Positions 1-10,584 of a stretch of DNA of 64,000 nt are shown piece by piece. The DNA is from Candidatus Velthaea sp. (GTDB lineage Bacteria > Vulcanimicrobiota > Vulcanimicrobiia > Vulcanimicrobiales > Vulcanimicrobiaceae), in NCBI GenBank assembly GCA_050012475.1, contig JBEKHC010000008.1, positions 14,387 to 78,386 of the forward strand. The letters run 5' to 3'. Under the pieces are notes generated by a model. That model searched no databases. It was not told where the DNA came from and saw nothing but the letters and a program-made list of their open reading frames with translations. The translations under genes and the position numbers were made by a program. The first letter of the stretch is position 1. Every line of letters begins with the position of its first letter.

Positions 1-696
1 GTACGCGGCGCCTTCCAGATAGTGGTGAGCGATGATGGCGTGCATGGCAAAGCTGCTCCGGCCCGGTGCCAGCCCGTAGTTGCCCCATTGCGCGGTAAGG
101 ATGGCGCGCAGTTCACGATTCGTGGTGAAATCGGACAGCACGTCGGCGGTGGTGCGCCGCGCGTAACGGAGGAAGGGCCCGCGCATCGCCGACCCGGCCA
201 GCTTCTCGATCGCTGCGGGGACGACTTTTTCCGCCCAAAACAGCGCGCTTGCGCGGGCGACGGCATGCACCGCGCCCAGGTAGCCGTCGATGGCTTTTCG
301 CTCGGCCGGGAATTGGCGCCGCAGATCATCGCGATAGCGTTCGGTGCCGGCGGCGACGTCGAAGTGCAGCTCGCCGATCCGGATGCGGTCGAAGATCTCG
401 GGGAGTGCTTGCCAACGCAACCGGCCCTCGGTCACGTGGTCGAACGCCGCGCGTTCGCGACTGCGCGAATCGGCCACGCGCCCGACGTAGTGGACGCCGA
501 CGTCCCACTCGAAGCCGGGGCGGGCGAAGACGTGCGTGAAGCCGCCCGCCGTGTAGTGCCGCTCGAGCACCAGGACGCGCTGCGCGGCGTGTTTAGCGAG
601 CAGGGCCGCAACGCTCAGGCCGCCGATGCCCGATCCGATCACGATCGCGTCGTACTCGGACGCGAGTGTGCTGTGCTTGTATGCCGTGGCGATCAT
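1..696 (-). CDS. Phytoene desaturase / retinol saturase family FAD-dependent oxidoreductase (runs off window start)
   Basis: Not in ORF track because it is truncated. Manual translation from ATG 696: MIATAYKHSTLASEYDAIVIGSGIGGLSVAALLAKHAAQRVLVLERHYTAGGFTHVFARPGFEWDVGVHY (GxGxxG, LE-H-GG, DVGVHY). Confidence 0.85.
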   Translation of the reverse strand, partial: MIATAYKHSTLASEYDAIVIGSGIGGLSVAALLAKHAAQRVLVLERHYTAGGFTHVFARPGFEWDVGVHYVGRVADSRSRERAAFDHVTEGRLRWQALPEIFDRIRIGELHFDVAAGTERYRDDLRRQFPAERKAIDGYLGAVHAVARASALFWAEKVVPAAIEKLAGSAMRGPFLRYARRTTADVLSDFTTNRELRAILTAQWGNYGLAPGRSSFAMHAIIAHHYLEGAAY

Positions 697-813
697 GGGA
701 GGCGACCTTTCGCAATGCCCGTGTTCGTCACAGTCTAATGTGGAACGTCCAATGTGGGCTATCGCAAAAGTCGGTTCGCGCGCCTCCGCGTGCGCTCCGC
801 GTGCCTTCGACGC

Positions 814-2013
814 TCAGGCCGAGGCCTGCGCGAGCGTCCGTCCGATCTTGACGCGTTCGAGTCCCAGCCAGCGCGCGAGGGCGGTGAGTTCCGCCCGCAG
901 GTCCTCGCGCAACTCCGGCGCCGGCTTGGCATCCTCGTAGTGGATGGCGATTACTTTAAGCATGCTCGTATCGCGGCGCGCTTTGGCATCGACGCGCGCC
1001 GCGAGCCGGTCGCCGTACAGGAACGGCAGCACGTAATAGCCGTGCACGCGCTTTGCTGCGGGCGTGTAGATTTCGATGCGGTAGTCGAAGTCGAAAACGC
1101 GCCGGTCGCGGCTGCGTTCCCAGACCAGCGAATCGAACGGCGAAAGCAGCGCCCGGGCATCGATCCGGCGCGGAACGATGGTATCGCATGCCAGATACGC
1201 CGGTTGCTTCCAACCCTCGACGCTGACGGGCAGCAGATCGCCATGTTCGACGAGTTCATCGATTCGCGCGTTCGCATCGATCTCCAAGCGAAAATAATCG
1301 CGCAGGTCCGAGCGCGTCGCGATGCCGAGCGCACGCGCCGCGATGCGCAGCAGTTCGCGCTTCGCCGTTGCTTCGTCGGGGGTCGGTGCGGCGAGGACCG
1401 CGGGTGCGAAAACGCGCTCGGGCAGATCGTACAAGCGCTCGAAATTGTGCCGGCGCGCCGTGGTGACCGCGCCCGACCAGAACAGATACTCGAGCGCGAC
1501 TTTGACCTCGCTCCATCCCCACCAGCCGCCGCCGCCGGTGCGATGCTCGGCGATGTCGCCGCTCGCGAGCGGTCCGCGCTGCTCGACCTCGCGCAGGATC
1601 GCTTTGACGAATTCGGGTTTGTCGCGCGCGATCGCGGCGACGCGGCCCCAGGTGCCTTCGCCGCGCGCGGCGCGGGCCATGCGCCAGCGAAAGAGCGGAT
1701 GCAGTGCGAGCGGGATGAGCGATGCCTCGTGACCCCAATACTCGAAAAGTTTGCGCCCGCGTTTCTCCCACACCAGCCGTTCGAGCAGCTTGACGTCGTA
1801 CGCCCCCAACCGCGAGAACAGCGGCAAGTAGTGCGAGCGCACGATCACGTTGACCGAGTCGATTTGCACCAGACCGATGCGTTCGAACACGCCCATGATG
1901 GCCCGGCCAGGTGCGGCTGTGCCGGGCCGCGCGGCGCCGAAACCTTGAGCGCGCAAGGCGATCCGCCGTGCTTCGGCAGTGCTGAGCACGGCGCTGCGTG
2001 CACTTCGCGCCAT
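814..2013 (-). CDS. ycaQ: YcaQ/AlkZ-family winged-helix DNA glycosylase (crosslink repair)
   Basis: QIDSVNV (QxD), LFEYWGHEAS, LLSPFDSLVWER, YRIEIYTPAAKRVHGYYVLPFL. Confidence 0.88.
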   Translation of the reverse strand: MARSARSAVLSTAEARRIALRAQGFGAARPGTAAPGRAIMGVFERIGLVQIDSVNVIVRSHYLPLFSRLGAYDVKLLERLVWEKRGRKLFEYWGHEASLIPLALHPLFRWRMARAARGEGTWGRVAAIARDKPEFVKAILREVEQRGPLASGDIAEHRTGGGGWWGWSEVKVALEYLFWSGAVTTARRHNFERLYDLPERVFAPAVLAAPTPDEATAKRELLRIAARALGIATRSDLRDYFRLEIDANARIDELVEHGDLLPVSVEGWKQPAYLACDTIVPRRIDARALLSPFDSLVWERSRDRRVFDFDYRIEIYTPAAKRVHGYYVLPFLYGDRLAARVDAKARRDTSMLKVIAIHYEDAKPAPELREDLRAELTALARWLGLERVKIGRTLAQASA

Positions 2014-2022
2014 CGCCGGCCG

Positions 2023-2607
2023 CTAGAGATCGACGGCGCGATTGAACCGCGACCGGCGCCGCAACTCGAGCTGCAGCGCGTCGAGAAATGCGGCCAGCAG
2101 GGTGGCGGCGTCCGGTCCGGCGATCATCCGCGCGTCGGTCGTGTCCGGCTGTTCCTCCAAGACGAGACGGGCGTGTGAATCGGCATCGATGACGATGCCG
2201 CGGACGGCGTCGAGCCGGTCGTCGAGCTCGCTGATCGACGACGTTGCCAGCACGATCTGGCCCGGACTCGAGCGCACCTCGAGAAAAACGCGCGATTGGC
2301 CTTTGCCCAGCGCTTCGAGATACAGCGACGTCGCGCCGGGGCGCGTCTCATAGGCGGCGTCGTCGAGCGCCGGAAGATATTCGGTCGTCAGGCCGGCGAT
2401 ATCGTCGACGGTCGGGGTTCCGCGCATCACGACCACGACGCTCAAGCCGATCGAGCCGACGTCCTCGGGTGCGAGCTTGGCGATCAACGCGGCCAATTCG
2501 CCGCCCAGAGCGACGATCGCCGTGCGCGTCTCCTTGATGGCTTCGAGGATGTCGCGCTGCGCAGCCGCCGCCTTGCGCAACGCCGCGACGATCTCGGCGA
2601 CCGGCAT
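2023..2607 (-). CDS. Hypothetical protein
   Basis: ORF with protein-like composition ending 9 bp before ycaQ; start uncertain (2607/2610/2673). Confidence 0.6.
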   Translation of the reverse strand: MPVAEIVAALRKAAAAQRDILEAIKETRTAIVALGGELAALIAKLAPEDVGSIGLSVVVVMRGTPTVDDIAGLTTEYLPALDDAAYETRPGATSLYLEALGKGQSRVFLEVRSSPGQIVLATSSISELDDRLDAVRGIVIDADSHARLVLEEQPDTTDARMIAGPDAATLLAAFLDALQLELRRRSRFNRAVDL

Positions 2608-2841
2608 CACCCCGGCGTCAGCGGCCGGCGGCAAAAGACCGCCGGCCGTCTTCTGCGAGCACGTCGAGGCCAAGGATGAGACCGGGCCGGCTTGTGAGCC
2701 ACGGAGAGCGCTCTTCGGTCAGCTTCAGTGCTTCCATACGCGGTCGCGCTTCATGCCGGTACCTTTGCTGACCTTGCCGCTTGCGGCTCGGAGCGAGGTC
2801 CGGCCGGGGGACGCGCCCGCCGCGCGCACGAATCGACGCGC

Positions 2842-4251
2842 GTGCACACGGGTCTCGATCGCGATCTTCTCGCCCACTTGCTGTCGCGCGCCCTGCGCCG
2901 GGGCGGCGACTACGCCGATGTGTTCTTCGAGCACCGGACCGTGCAATCGTTTCGCTTGCAGGACGGGCGCATCCACGAAGCCGGAATGTCGGTCGTGCGC
3001 GGCGCGGGCATCCGCGTCATCGCCGGCGAGCGGGCCGGCTACGCGCATTCCGACGACCTTTCCCCCGCCGCGCTGCTGCGGGCTGCCGACGCCGCCTCGC
3101 TCATCGCGCGCAGCGGGGATGCCGGCGAAACGGTCGTCGGTCTCTCGCCGCGGCTTGCGCCGTCGCTGTACCACTCAGCAGCCGAGCCAGCGCCGCCCGC
3201 CCGGTTCGTCGATCTGCTCGCGCGCGCCGACGTCGCGGCCCGCGGCTACGATCCGCGCATTGCCGCGGTCAACGCCTACGTCAGCGACGAAACACAATTC
3301 GTCCAGATCGCCACGAGCAGCGGTGAGGTCGTGACGGATCTGCGTCCCTTGGTGACGCTGGGCGTTCAAACCGTCGCGCGCAGTGACGGAAAACGCGCCA
3401 ACGGCTATTTTGCCGACGGCGGGCGCACGACGCTGGCCGTCTACGACGTGAAAACGCCGGAGTCGATTGCGACCGAAGCGGCGCGCATCGCCGTCACCAA
3501 CGTCGATGCGCGCGAAACGCCGGCCGGCGAGATGGCAGTCGTCGTCGGCGCCGGCGGCGGCGGCGTGCTGCTGCACGAAGCGGTCGGCCATGGACTGGAA
3601 AGCGACTTCAACCGTCAGGGGACGTCGTTGTACAGCGGACGTGTCGGCCAGCGGGTCGCCAGCGAACTGGTGACGATCTTCGACGACGGCAATCTCGCGG
3701 ACGAGCGCGGCTCGGTGGCGGTGGACGACGAGGGCACGCCGGGCGCACACAAAGTTCTGGTCGAGAACGGCATCCTGCGCGGCTACATGCAGGATCGTCT
3801 CAACGCCAAACTCATGGGCGTGACGTCGACGGGCAGCGGCCGCCGTCAATCGTTTCGCGTCATGCCGCAGCCGCGCATGTGCAACACGTACATGCCCAGC
3901 GGAACGTCGACCTTCGACGAAATCATCGCGTCGGTCGATCGCGGCATCTATGCCACCTCGTTCGCCGGCGGACAAGTTGAAATCAGCAAGGGCGACTTCG
4001 TGTTCATGGTCGCTGAAGGCTACCTGATCGAACACGGCAAGATCACCGCGCCCGTGCGCGGCGCAACCTTGATCGGCAACGGACCCGATGCGATGACCAA
4101 GGTCGTCGCGGTCGGCAACGACGGGCGACTGGCGAACCGCAGTTACACCTGCGGCAAGGGCGGCCAGATGGTGCCCGTGGGCGTCGGCATGCCGACCGTG
4201 AAGCTTGCCAGCTGCACCGTGGGCGGCAGCTCCGTCGGAACGGGGAACTAA
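2842..4251 (+). CDS. tldD: Metalloprotease TldD
   Basis: LLHEAVGHGLESD (HExxxH), GRRQSF..PRMCNTY, C-terminal CGKGGQ; GTG 2842 preferred start. Confidence 0.93.
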   Translation: MHTGLDRDLLAHLLSRALRRGGDYADVFFEHRTVQSFRLQDGRIHEAGMSVVRGAGIRVIAGERAGYAHSDDLSPAALLRAADAASLIARSGDAGETVVGLSPRLAPSLYHSAAEPAPPARFVDLLARADVAARGYDPRIAAVNAYVSDETQFVQIATSSGEVVTDLRPLVTLGVQTVARSDGKRANGYFADGGRTTLAVYDVKTPESIATEAARIAVTNVDARETPAGEMAVVVGAGGGGVLLHEAVGHGLESDFNRQGTSLYSGRVGQRVASELVTIFDDGNLADERGSVAVDDEGTPGAHKVLVENGILRGYMQDRLNAKLMGVTSTGSGRRQSFRVMPQPRMCNTYMPSGTSTFDEIIASVDRGIYATSFAGGQVEISKGDFVFMVAEGYLIEHGKITAPVRGATLIGNGPDAMTKVVAVGNDGRLANRSYTCGKGGQMVPVGVGMPTVKLASCTVGGSSVGTGN

Positions 4252-4256
4252 GCGCG

Positions 4257-5621
4257 ATGCAGGTTGACGATCCCGCCCGGTCCGATGCGCGCGACGAGGC
4301 GTTGGCGCTGGCGGCATTCGCCGTCGCCGCAGCGGTCGAGCACGGCGCGACGTCGGCCGAGGGGACGCTGGCGATCAACGAGCGTTTCGCCGTCGAAGCG
4401 CGCGGCGGCGAACTCACCAAACTCGAACAGTCGCGCGGACGCTCCTTGTCGCTGCGCGCGTTCGTGGGCAAACGGCGGGCCGCGCTCTCGACGACCGACC
4501 TCACGCATGACGGCATCCATGCGTTGGCCAAGCGGATCGCGGCGGCTGCAGCCTTCGTCGGCGAAGATCCGCACGCGGGTCTGCCCGACGGCGTCGTCGA
4601 GGCGGGTGAGGACGCCGCGCTCGAGATGGTTGCGCCGGATGTCGCGGTCCGCGAGCCGAGCGCGAAGATCGAGGACGTCCTCGAGCTCGAACGGCTCATT
4701 CGGCGCGCCGATCCCCGCATCGACAACTCGCGTGGTTCGCACACCGCCGACTCGCAGGCGACGATCGCGCTCGTCAATTCGCTGGGCTTCCGCGGGGCGT
4801 ACCGGATGACCAGCGCTTCGCGCAGCACGAGTCCGGTGGCGCGCGACGGCAACGATCTGCGGATCGGTTCGTACGGATCGGCGGCCCGCGGCTTCGCCGG
4901 TTTGGACAGCGTTGCGAGCGTCGCGCAGCAGGCTGCGAAGCGCGCCCTGGACCTGTGCGGAGCGCGCCGTCCGGCGACGCTGCGCGCGCCGGTCATTTTC
5001 GATCGCGACGTTGCGGCGGCGGTGTTGGGTGACTTGTTCAACGCGGTCAATGCCGCCAACGTCGCGGTCGGCAATTCGTACTTGACCGACGCGATCGGCG
5101 AAACGATCGGTTCGCCGCACGTCACCATCGTCGACGACGGCCGTCTGCCCGGCGGCCTGGGCACGTCACCATTCGACGCGGAAGGCACGCCGACGCGCAT
5201 GACGACGGTGTTCGAGCGCGGCGTGCTCAAATCGTTTCTCTACGATACCTACTATGCGCGCCGGCTCGGCGCACAGACCACGGGCAACGCAGCGGGCGGC
5301 GGCATCGGCGTCAACAATTTTTATCTGTATTCGGGCGATAACACGCTCGACGACCTCATCGCCTCGACGCAGCGCGGCGTGCTCGTCTACGATACGATCG
5401 GTTTTGCGACCGAACATGCCAGCGGAACGTACAGCCGCGGTGCGCGCGGCGTTTGGATCGAGAACGGCGAGATCGCTTATCCGGTCGACGGGTTCACGAT
5501 CGCCTCGAACTTCAAGGCGATGCTGGCCGGCATCGATGCCGTCGCCAACGACGTGCGCTTCGACAGCGGGATCGTTTCGCCGTCGTTCCGCGTCGCCGAG
5601 ATGACGATCAGCGGCGACTAA
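4257..5621 (+). CDS. tldE: TldE/PmbA family protein
   Basis: PFDAEGTP motif, TGNA, no HExxH, directly downstream of tldD. Confidence 0.9.
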   Translation: MQVDDPARSDARDEALALAAFAVAAAVEHGATSAEGTLAINERFAVEARGGELTKLEQSRGRSLSLRAFVGKRRAALSTTDLTHDGIHALAKRIAAAAAFVGEDPHAGLPDGVVEAGEDAALEMVAPDVAVREPSAKIEDVLELERLIRRADPRIDNSRGSHTADSQATIALVNSLGFRGAYRMTSASRSTSPVARDGNDLRIGSYGSAARGFAGLDSVASVAQQAAKRALDLCGARRPATLRAPVIFDRDVAAAVLGDLFNAVNAANVAVGNSYLTDAIGETIGSPHVTIVDDGRLPGGLGTSPFDAEGTPTRMTTVFERGVLKSFLYDTYYARRLGAQTTGNAAGGGIGVNNFYLYSGDNTLDDLIASTQRGVLVYDTIGFATEHASGTYSRGARGVWIENGEIAYPVDGFTIASNFKAMLAGIDAVANDVRFDSGIVSPSFRVAEMTISGD

Positions 5622-5626
5622 CAGCA

Positions 5627-5647
5627 GGACTCGGCGGCGCCGAATCC
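5627..5647. terminator. Hairpin between convergent genes
   Basis: GGACTCGGC-GGC-GCCGAATCC between tldE and Nudix stop codons. Confidence 0.5.
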
Positions 5648-5649
5648 AG

Positions 5650-6261
5650 TTAATCGAAATCGGCGGGGCGCAGCGGGTCGTCGAGGTGGGCGAACATCAG
5701 CGCGAGTTGATGTGCGGTGACGCGCGTCGTCGACAACTCCGGCAGCGCGTCGCGCGCGAAGAAGCCGACGCCGTCGGTTTCGATACTGTCGCGCGGCGCG
5801 CCGCCGATAATTTCGCAGCGCACGAAGACTTTCCAAACGTGGAAGGCTTGCGGCGGATGCGGGTGACGATTGCGGTCGAAGACGGCTACGATCTTCGTTG
5901 CGCGCGCCTCGTAGCCGGACTCTTCGCGTATCTCGCGTTCGATCGCCGTGCTCGGGCTGTCGAGCACGTCGGCCCAGCCGCCGGGCAACGTCCAGCCGCC
6001 GTCAACCCGTTCGCGGACCAATAAGATGTCGCCGGCGCGAAACACCACGCCGCGCACGTCGAGTTTGGGCGTCGCGTAGCCGGTCTCTGCACGAAAGAAT
6101 TCGTCGACGTCGATGGCGGCGCGCCCGGTGTGTTCGGCGACGACGTCGGCCGCGAGTTGGCGCAGCGCCTCGTAGCGTTCGATATCGAACGGATCGCGCG
6201 CATAGGTCAGGCCGCTTTGTGCGATCGCGGCAAGTCGTTGCGTCCATTGAATCCACGCCAT
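5650..6261 (-). CDS. Nudix hydrolase with N-terminal Nudix_N domain (YjhB-like)
   Basis: AIAQSGLTYARDPFDIERY, GYATPKLDVRG, Nudix box LPGGW..REIREESG. Confidence 0.9.
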   Translation of the reverse strand: MAWIQWTQRLAAIAQSGLTYARDPFDIERYEALRQLAADVVAEHTGRAAIDVDEFFRAETGYATPKLDVRGVVFRAGDILLVRERVDGGWTLPGGWADVLDSPSTAIEREIREESGYEARATKIVAVFDRNRHPHPPQAFHVWKVFVRCEIIGGAPRDSIETDGVGFFARDALPELSTTRVTAHQLALMFAHLDDPLRPADFD

Positions 6262-7020
6262 CTACGAACCGTCCTGCGGCCAAAAACCGAAGAGTTCGCG
6301 AGCCGGTTCGAGATCCACGAAGCGGCCGGCGTTGTCGCCGACGCCGTAGACGATGCTGAACGCCACGTCGCGGGCGAGAACGGCGCGCACGAGCCGCGCG
6401 AAATCGGCGTGCGAAAACCATTTCGCCGCCAATCGGGCCTGACGCTCGGCGGCGTCCAGATCGCGCAGCCGGGCCGTCGAGGAGGGGTCGGCGATGTGCG
6501 GGCTGTCGGCGACGTTCATCGTGCCGATGCGCACGCACGTCACGCGCAAACCGTGCACGTCGCTGTAATAACGGGCGATGATCTCGCCGCAGGCTTTCGT
6601 CACGGCATAGGGATTGGCCGGCCGCACCGCGATGTTCGTCCCCAAAACGGGACCGCTGCCCGGGGCGTAGATCTGTGGCCGGGCCTCTTCTTCGTACATG
6701 CCCACGACGTGCAGCGAACTGCCGAAGACGACGCGCGAGCATCCGGCGCGCAGCGCGGCCTCGAAAACGTTTCGAACGCCCAAGAGGTTGGCGTCCCAGA
6801 CTTCGTCCCAGCTGCCGTCGCGCAAAACGCCGGCCGCCAAGTGCACGACGGCGGCGCAGCCCGCGAAGGCAGCTTCGAGGGCCGGACGGTCGAGGAGATC
6901 GGCTTTGGCGCGATCGACGCGCACGACGTCGAGATCGCGTTCGAGATCGGCAGCCAGACGCGAACCGATGATCCCGCCCACACCGGTGATCGCGACCCGC
7001 ATGCGCCGTTCGGCGGTCAT
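6262..7020 (-). CDS. NAD-dependent epimerase/dehydratase (uronate dehydrogenase-like)
   Basis: ITGVGGIIG, VVHLAA, YAVTK (YxxxK); ATGA overlap with upstream gene. Confidence 0.85.
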   Translation of the reverse strand: MTAERRMRVAITGVGGIIGSRLAADLERDLDVVRVDRAKADLLDRPALEAAFAGCAAVVHLAAGVLRDGSWDEVWDANLLGVRNVFEAALRAGCSRVVFGSSLHVVGMYEEEARPQIYAPGSGPVLGTNIAVRPANPYAVTKACGEIIARYYSDVHGLRVTCVRIGTMNVADSPHIADPSSTARLRDLDAAERQARLAAKWFSHADFARLVRAVLARDVAFSIVYGVGDNAGRFVDLEPARELFGFWPQDGS

Positions 7021-7883
7021 TGGTCGACGAGTTGCAGCAAGATCGGATACACCAGTTCGCCGGCGGCCGGGAACGTGACGGGTTCGATGATGTCGTGACG
7101 TACGTCGAGATTTTCGAAGGTGTACGTTTGAGTCGGCGCGCCGTGCGAACGCCAGAGTTCGCACACCTCCTGCGCGGCGGCGTTGTCGATGGCCGGATCC
7201 TTCGCATTGAGGACCAGGATGCTGCGCGCGGCGCGCGGCGCTGCGGACTTTGCCAGTCCGCGCACGGTTTCGCCCAGCTGCAGACATTGCGCCAGGGCAT
7301 GGGTCGAGAAACGCGGATACGCGTGCTTCGGTTCGGCGTTCTGCTTGACGCGCGGATCCCACCACAATTCGAGATTGGGAACGAATTCGAGCGCTCCGGC
7401 AAAGACGGGTTCGAGCCCCGCGGGCACGCGAACCACGGAAAAGAAGGGCGCGATCACCACGGCGCGGTCAACGGCCTGCGTTTGGGCGAGCCACGCCGCG
7501 AGTGTTGCGCCGGCAGACAGTCCGAGCACGCTGATGCTTGCGGCGAGCGGCGCGGCCAACGCGACCGCTTCGTTGGCGCAAGCAATGAGCTCGTCGGCCG
7601 TGAGCCCGGCCAGTTCCGTCGTCAACTTGTCGCGCAAGCCGTGACGCGGCAGCCGCGGCACGTAGACGTTGAAGCCGCGCTCGAAAAATTGCTGCGCGAG
7701 TGCGCTGAACTGGCGCGGGCAATTCGTGAAGCCGTGAAAGAGCACGATTGCGCGCTCCGTCGCCGCGCCGTGATGCAGAACGTACGGTACGCAGCGCGGA
7801 TCGATCGCCGCATCGGCGCCGTCAGCCGCCGCGAGCGCCTCGATCGCGGCGACGCCCGCGGTAAAGATGTGCGGGGCGTTCAT
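7017..7883 (-). CDS. Alpha/beta hydrolase (carboxylesterase-like)
   Basis: LFHGFTN oxyanion motif, GLSAG nucleophile elbow, Asp (KDP) and His (RHD). Confidence 0.85.
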   Translation of the reverse strand: MNAPHIFTAGVAAIEALAAADGADAAIDPRCVPYVLHHGAATERAIVLFHGFTNCPRQFSALAQQFFERGFNVYVPRLPRHGLRDKLTTELAGLTADELIACANEAVALAAPLAASISVLGLSAGATLAAWLAQTQAVDRAVVIAPFFSVVRVPAGLEPVFAGALEFVPNLELWWDPRVKQNAEPKHAYPRFSTHALAQCLQLGETVRGLAKSAAPRAARSILVLNAKDPAIDNAAAQEVCELWRSHGAPTQTYTFENLDVRHDIIEPVTFPAAGELVYPILLQLVDQ

Positions 7884-9046
7884 AGATAGTCGTCCAGCCG
7901 GAGGTCGACCGTGCGCATCGATGCGCCGGCGCGCGCGATGGTCAAGCGCACGTGCGAGTCGGCCGGTCCGGCGAGCAGCGCACGCAGCTGCGGCAGGGCC
8001 TGGGGCACTTGCGGTTCGCCCCCGGCGCTCACGATCCGGTCGCCGGCGACGATCCCTGCCCGTTGCGCCGGCGTTTGGGGCCGCACGTCGAGCACCTCGA
8101 CGGCGTTCTCGCGCGCGATCAAAAACAGACCTGAACGATCGACGTCATCGGGCGCGAAGAAATCGGCGTTCGGACGGAAGCCGATGCGCCCGTGCGCCAA
8201 ATCGAATGCCAGGGTGAATCGGCGCAGAACGCCGCCGCCGACATTGGCTGCCGTGCGCGTCGAGGCAAAAGCGCCGCGCTGCTGCTCGCTGAAGTCCGTC
8301 ACGATGTCCGTCAGCTCCAGCGGACCGAACGCCAAGCGTGCCAGCCGTCCGAGCCGGCCGTAGGCGGCGCCGCCGATGCCGTACCCGTCGACGCCGCTCG
8401 CCGAGAGCGCGGCCGGAACGACTGCGGGAAACTGCTTGGTGAAGGGAGCGAGCACGGTGACGTTGAGCCGGCTGCCGGTATCGATCGCGCAGGATCCCCG
8501 GACGTTGGCCAGCCTGCACGGCACGTGCGGTTCGCCGTCGACGACGGAAGCCGGCAGCACGATCCCGCCGTCGCCGGCAACGGCAGCGTCGCCGGCGTCG
8601 AATGTCAGCGTCCGCCGGGCATAATCGAAGACGGTCACGCTCGAGCCGATGATTGCTCTGCCGATGAGCCCGTCGACCGGCGGACCTTCAGCCGCCGCGA
8701 ACGTCGCATGTGCGGCGGCGACGACGAAGCGCTGGTCGACGAAAGTCGCGGCGCCGATGCCGACACGGTGAATGCGCGTGAGCGACCCGCTTTCGGTCCG
8801 GCCGCCGACGCCGACGAGCCGGACGCGTCCCCGAACGTGCGCTCCGATCGCCGCGGCGACGGCCGGATCGATCAAATTGCCCGCGCCGCTGTCGACGATG
8901 AAGTGGAACGGGCCGGCGCCGTCGAGGGTGACGTCGACGACGACGTGATTGTTAACGATCTGAATCGGGACGACATTTGCGGCCGGCGAGGGCTGCACGA
9001 GGGCTCCGCCAAGCAAACCGAGCGCAATTGCGAGAATTCCCAGCAT
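7880..9046 (-). CDS. Secreted double-domain retropepsin-like aspartyl protease with C-terminal PDZ
   Basis: Signal peptide, IVDSGA and IDTGS motifs, PDZ TPAQRAGIVAGDRIV. Confidence 0.85.
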   Translation of the reverse strand: MLGILAIALGLLGGALVQPSPAANVVPIQIVNNHVVVDVTLDGAGPFHFIVDSGAGNLIDPAVAAAIGAHVRGRVRLVGVGGRTESGSLTRIHRVGIGAATFVDQRFVVAAAHATFAAAEGPPVDGLIGRAIIGSSVTVFDYARRTLTFDAGDAAVAGDGGIVLPASVVDGEPHVPCRLANVRGSCAIDTGSRLNVTVLAPFTKQFPAVVPAALSASGVDGYGIGGAAYGRLGRLARLAFGPLELTDIVTDFSEQQRGAFASTRTAANVGGGVLRRFTLAFDLAHGRIGFRPNADFFAPDDVDRSGLFLIARENAVEVLDVRPQTPAQRAGIVAGDRIVSAGGEPQVPQALPQLRALLAGPADSHVRLTIARAGASMRTVDLRLDDYL

Positions 9047-9127
9047 GCTCGCCACTTAGCAAATTTCGGCGTGAGAACCTGGAACGTCGTGCGAGGACCA
9101 ATCGGGAGTATCGAAAAAGAACACGGT

Positions 9128-10573
9128 ATGACAACGTCGCTGATCGGTACAACGCTAATCATGCGGGTGGAAACGCCCAGCACTCCCGGTGCTTTCAGCG
9201 TGCTCGCCGCTGCGATCGGCGATGCGGGCGGTGCGATCGTCGCCGTCGACACGCACAGCGTGACCCGCACGCATTCGATCCGTGATGTTTCCGTCACGGT
9301 TGCTTCGGAGCGCGCCGGCACCGCGGTCAAGACGGCCATCGAAGGCCTTGCCGATTTTCGCATCGTCAACGTCTCCGACGCAACGTTCTTGGCCCATTTG
9401 GGCGGCAAGATCCGGATCGAGGGCAAGATGCCGGTGAAGACGCGAGCGGATCTCTCGATCGTCTACACGCCGGGGGTCGCCCGCGTTTCGATGGCGATCG
9501 CCGCTGACCCGGCCAAAGCCTACCAGTTGACGATCAAGCGCAATTCGATCGCCGTCGTCAGCGACGGAACGGCGGTGCTTGGCTTGGGCGACATCGGTCC
9601 GTACGGCGCGGCGCCGGTGATGGAAGGCAAATGTATGCTCTTCCGGCAGTTCGCCGGAATCGACGCATTCCCAATTTGCCTGGACACCAAAGACGTTGAC
9701 GAAATCGTAGCGACGGTCAAACGGATCGCGCCGATCTTCGGCGGCATCAATCTCGAGGACATCAGCGCGCCGCGCTGCTTCGAGGTTGAACGGCGGCTGG
9801 TCGAAGAACTCGATATCCCGGTGATGCACGACGATCAGCACGGAACCGCGGTCGTGATCCTCTCTGCGATGATCAACGCCGCCGCCGTCGTCGGCAAGCG
9901 GCTGGAAGATATGACGGTCGTCATCAACGGGTCCGGCGCGGCCGGCACCGCGACGATCAAGATGCTGTTGGCGGCGCACGTGCGCGACGTCATCGCCGTC
10001 GACCGGGCGGGAGCGATCAACCGCGACGAAACCTACTCCAACCCGCATTGGCAGTGGCTGGCACTCAATACCAACATCGACAACCGGCGCGGCCCGCTGG
10101 GCGCGGTGCTTGCGGGCGCGGATGCCTTCGTCGGGGTGAGCGCTCCGAATATTCTCACCGTCGAAGACATTCAACGCATGGCACGGGATCCGATCGTGTT
10201 CGCGATGGCAAATCCGACCCCTGAGATCATGCCCGATCTTGCGAATCCGTATGTCGCCGTGATGGGCACGGGCCGCAGCGACTATCCGAACCAAGTAAAC
10301 AACCTATTGGCGTTCCCGGGGATCTTCCGCGGCGCGCTCGACGCGCGAGCCTCCAAAATATCGGAGAAGATGAAGCTGGCCGCCGCGCACGCCATCGCCG
10401 CTGTCGTGGGCGACGAGCGCAGCGCCGAATACGTGATTCCCAGCGTCTTCGATACGAGAGTGGTCGATGCCGTCGCGGCTGCCGTCCGTGAAACGGCGAT
10501 TGAAGAAGGGCTTGCGCGTCGAGCCCTCCTACATCAGGATGACGATTCAATGCTCACCGCCGCCAAAAAATAA
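9128..10573 (+). CDS. NAD(P)-dependent malic enzyme with N-terminal ACT domain
   Basis: YTPGVA, DGTAVLGLGDIG, PVMEGK, INLEDI, HDDQHGT, FAMANP, GRSDYPNQVNN. Confidence 0.95.
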   Translation: MTTSLIGTTLIMRVETPSTPGAFSVLAAAIGDAGGAIVAVDTHSVTRTHSIRDVSVTVASERAGTAVKTAIEGLADFRIVNVSDATFLAHLGGKIRIEGKMPVKTRADLSIVYTPGVARVSMAIAADPAKAYQLTIKRNSIAVVSDGTAVLGLGDIGPYGAAPVMEGKCMLFRQFAGIDAFPICLDTKDVDEIVATVKRIAPIFGGINLEDISAPRCFEVERRLVEELDIPVMHDDQHGTAVVILSAMINAAAVVGKRLEDMTVVINGSGAAGTATIKMLLAAHVRDVIAVDRAGAINRDETYSNPHWQWLALNTNIDNRRGPLGAVLAGADAFVGVSAPNILTVEDIQRMARDPIVFAMANPTPEIMPDLANPYVAVMGTGRSDYPNQVNNLLAFPGIFRGALDARASKISEKMKLAAAHAIAAVVGDERSAEYVIPSVFDTRVVDAVAAAVRETAIEEGLARRALLHQDDDSMLTAAKK

Positions 10574-10584
10574 AGTAGGGATGC

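Noticed and set aside
22..738. 238-aa plus-strand ORF
   Set aside because: Antisense to the truncated FAD oxidoreductase on the minus strand
2842..5621. tldD/tldE as part of a RiPP cluster
   Set aside because: No precursor peptide or YcaO-type maturase is adjacent; ordinary housekeeping pair
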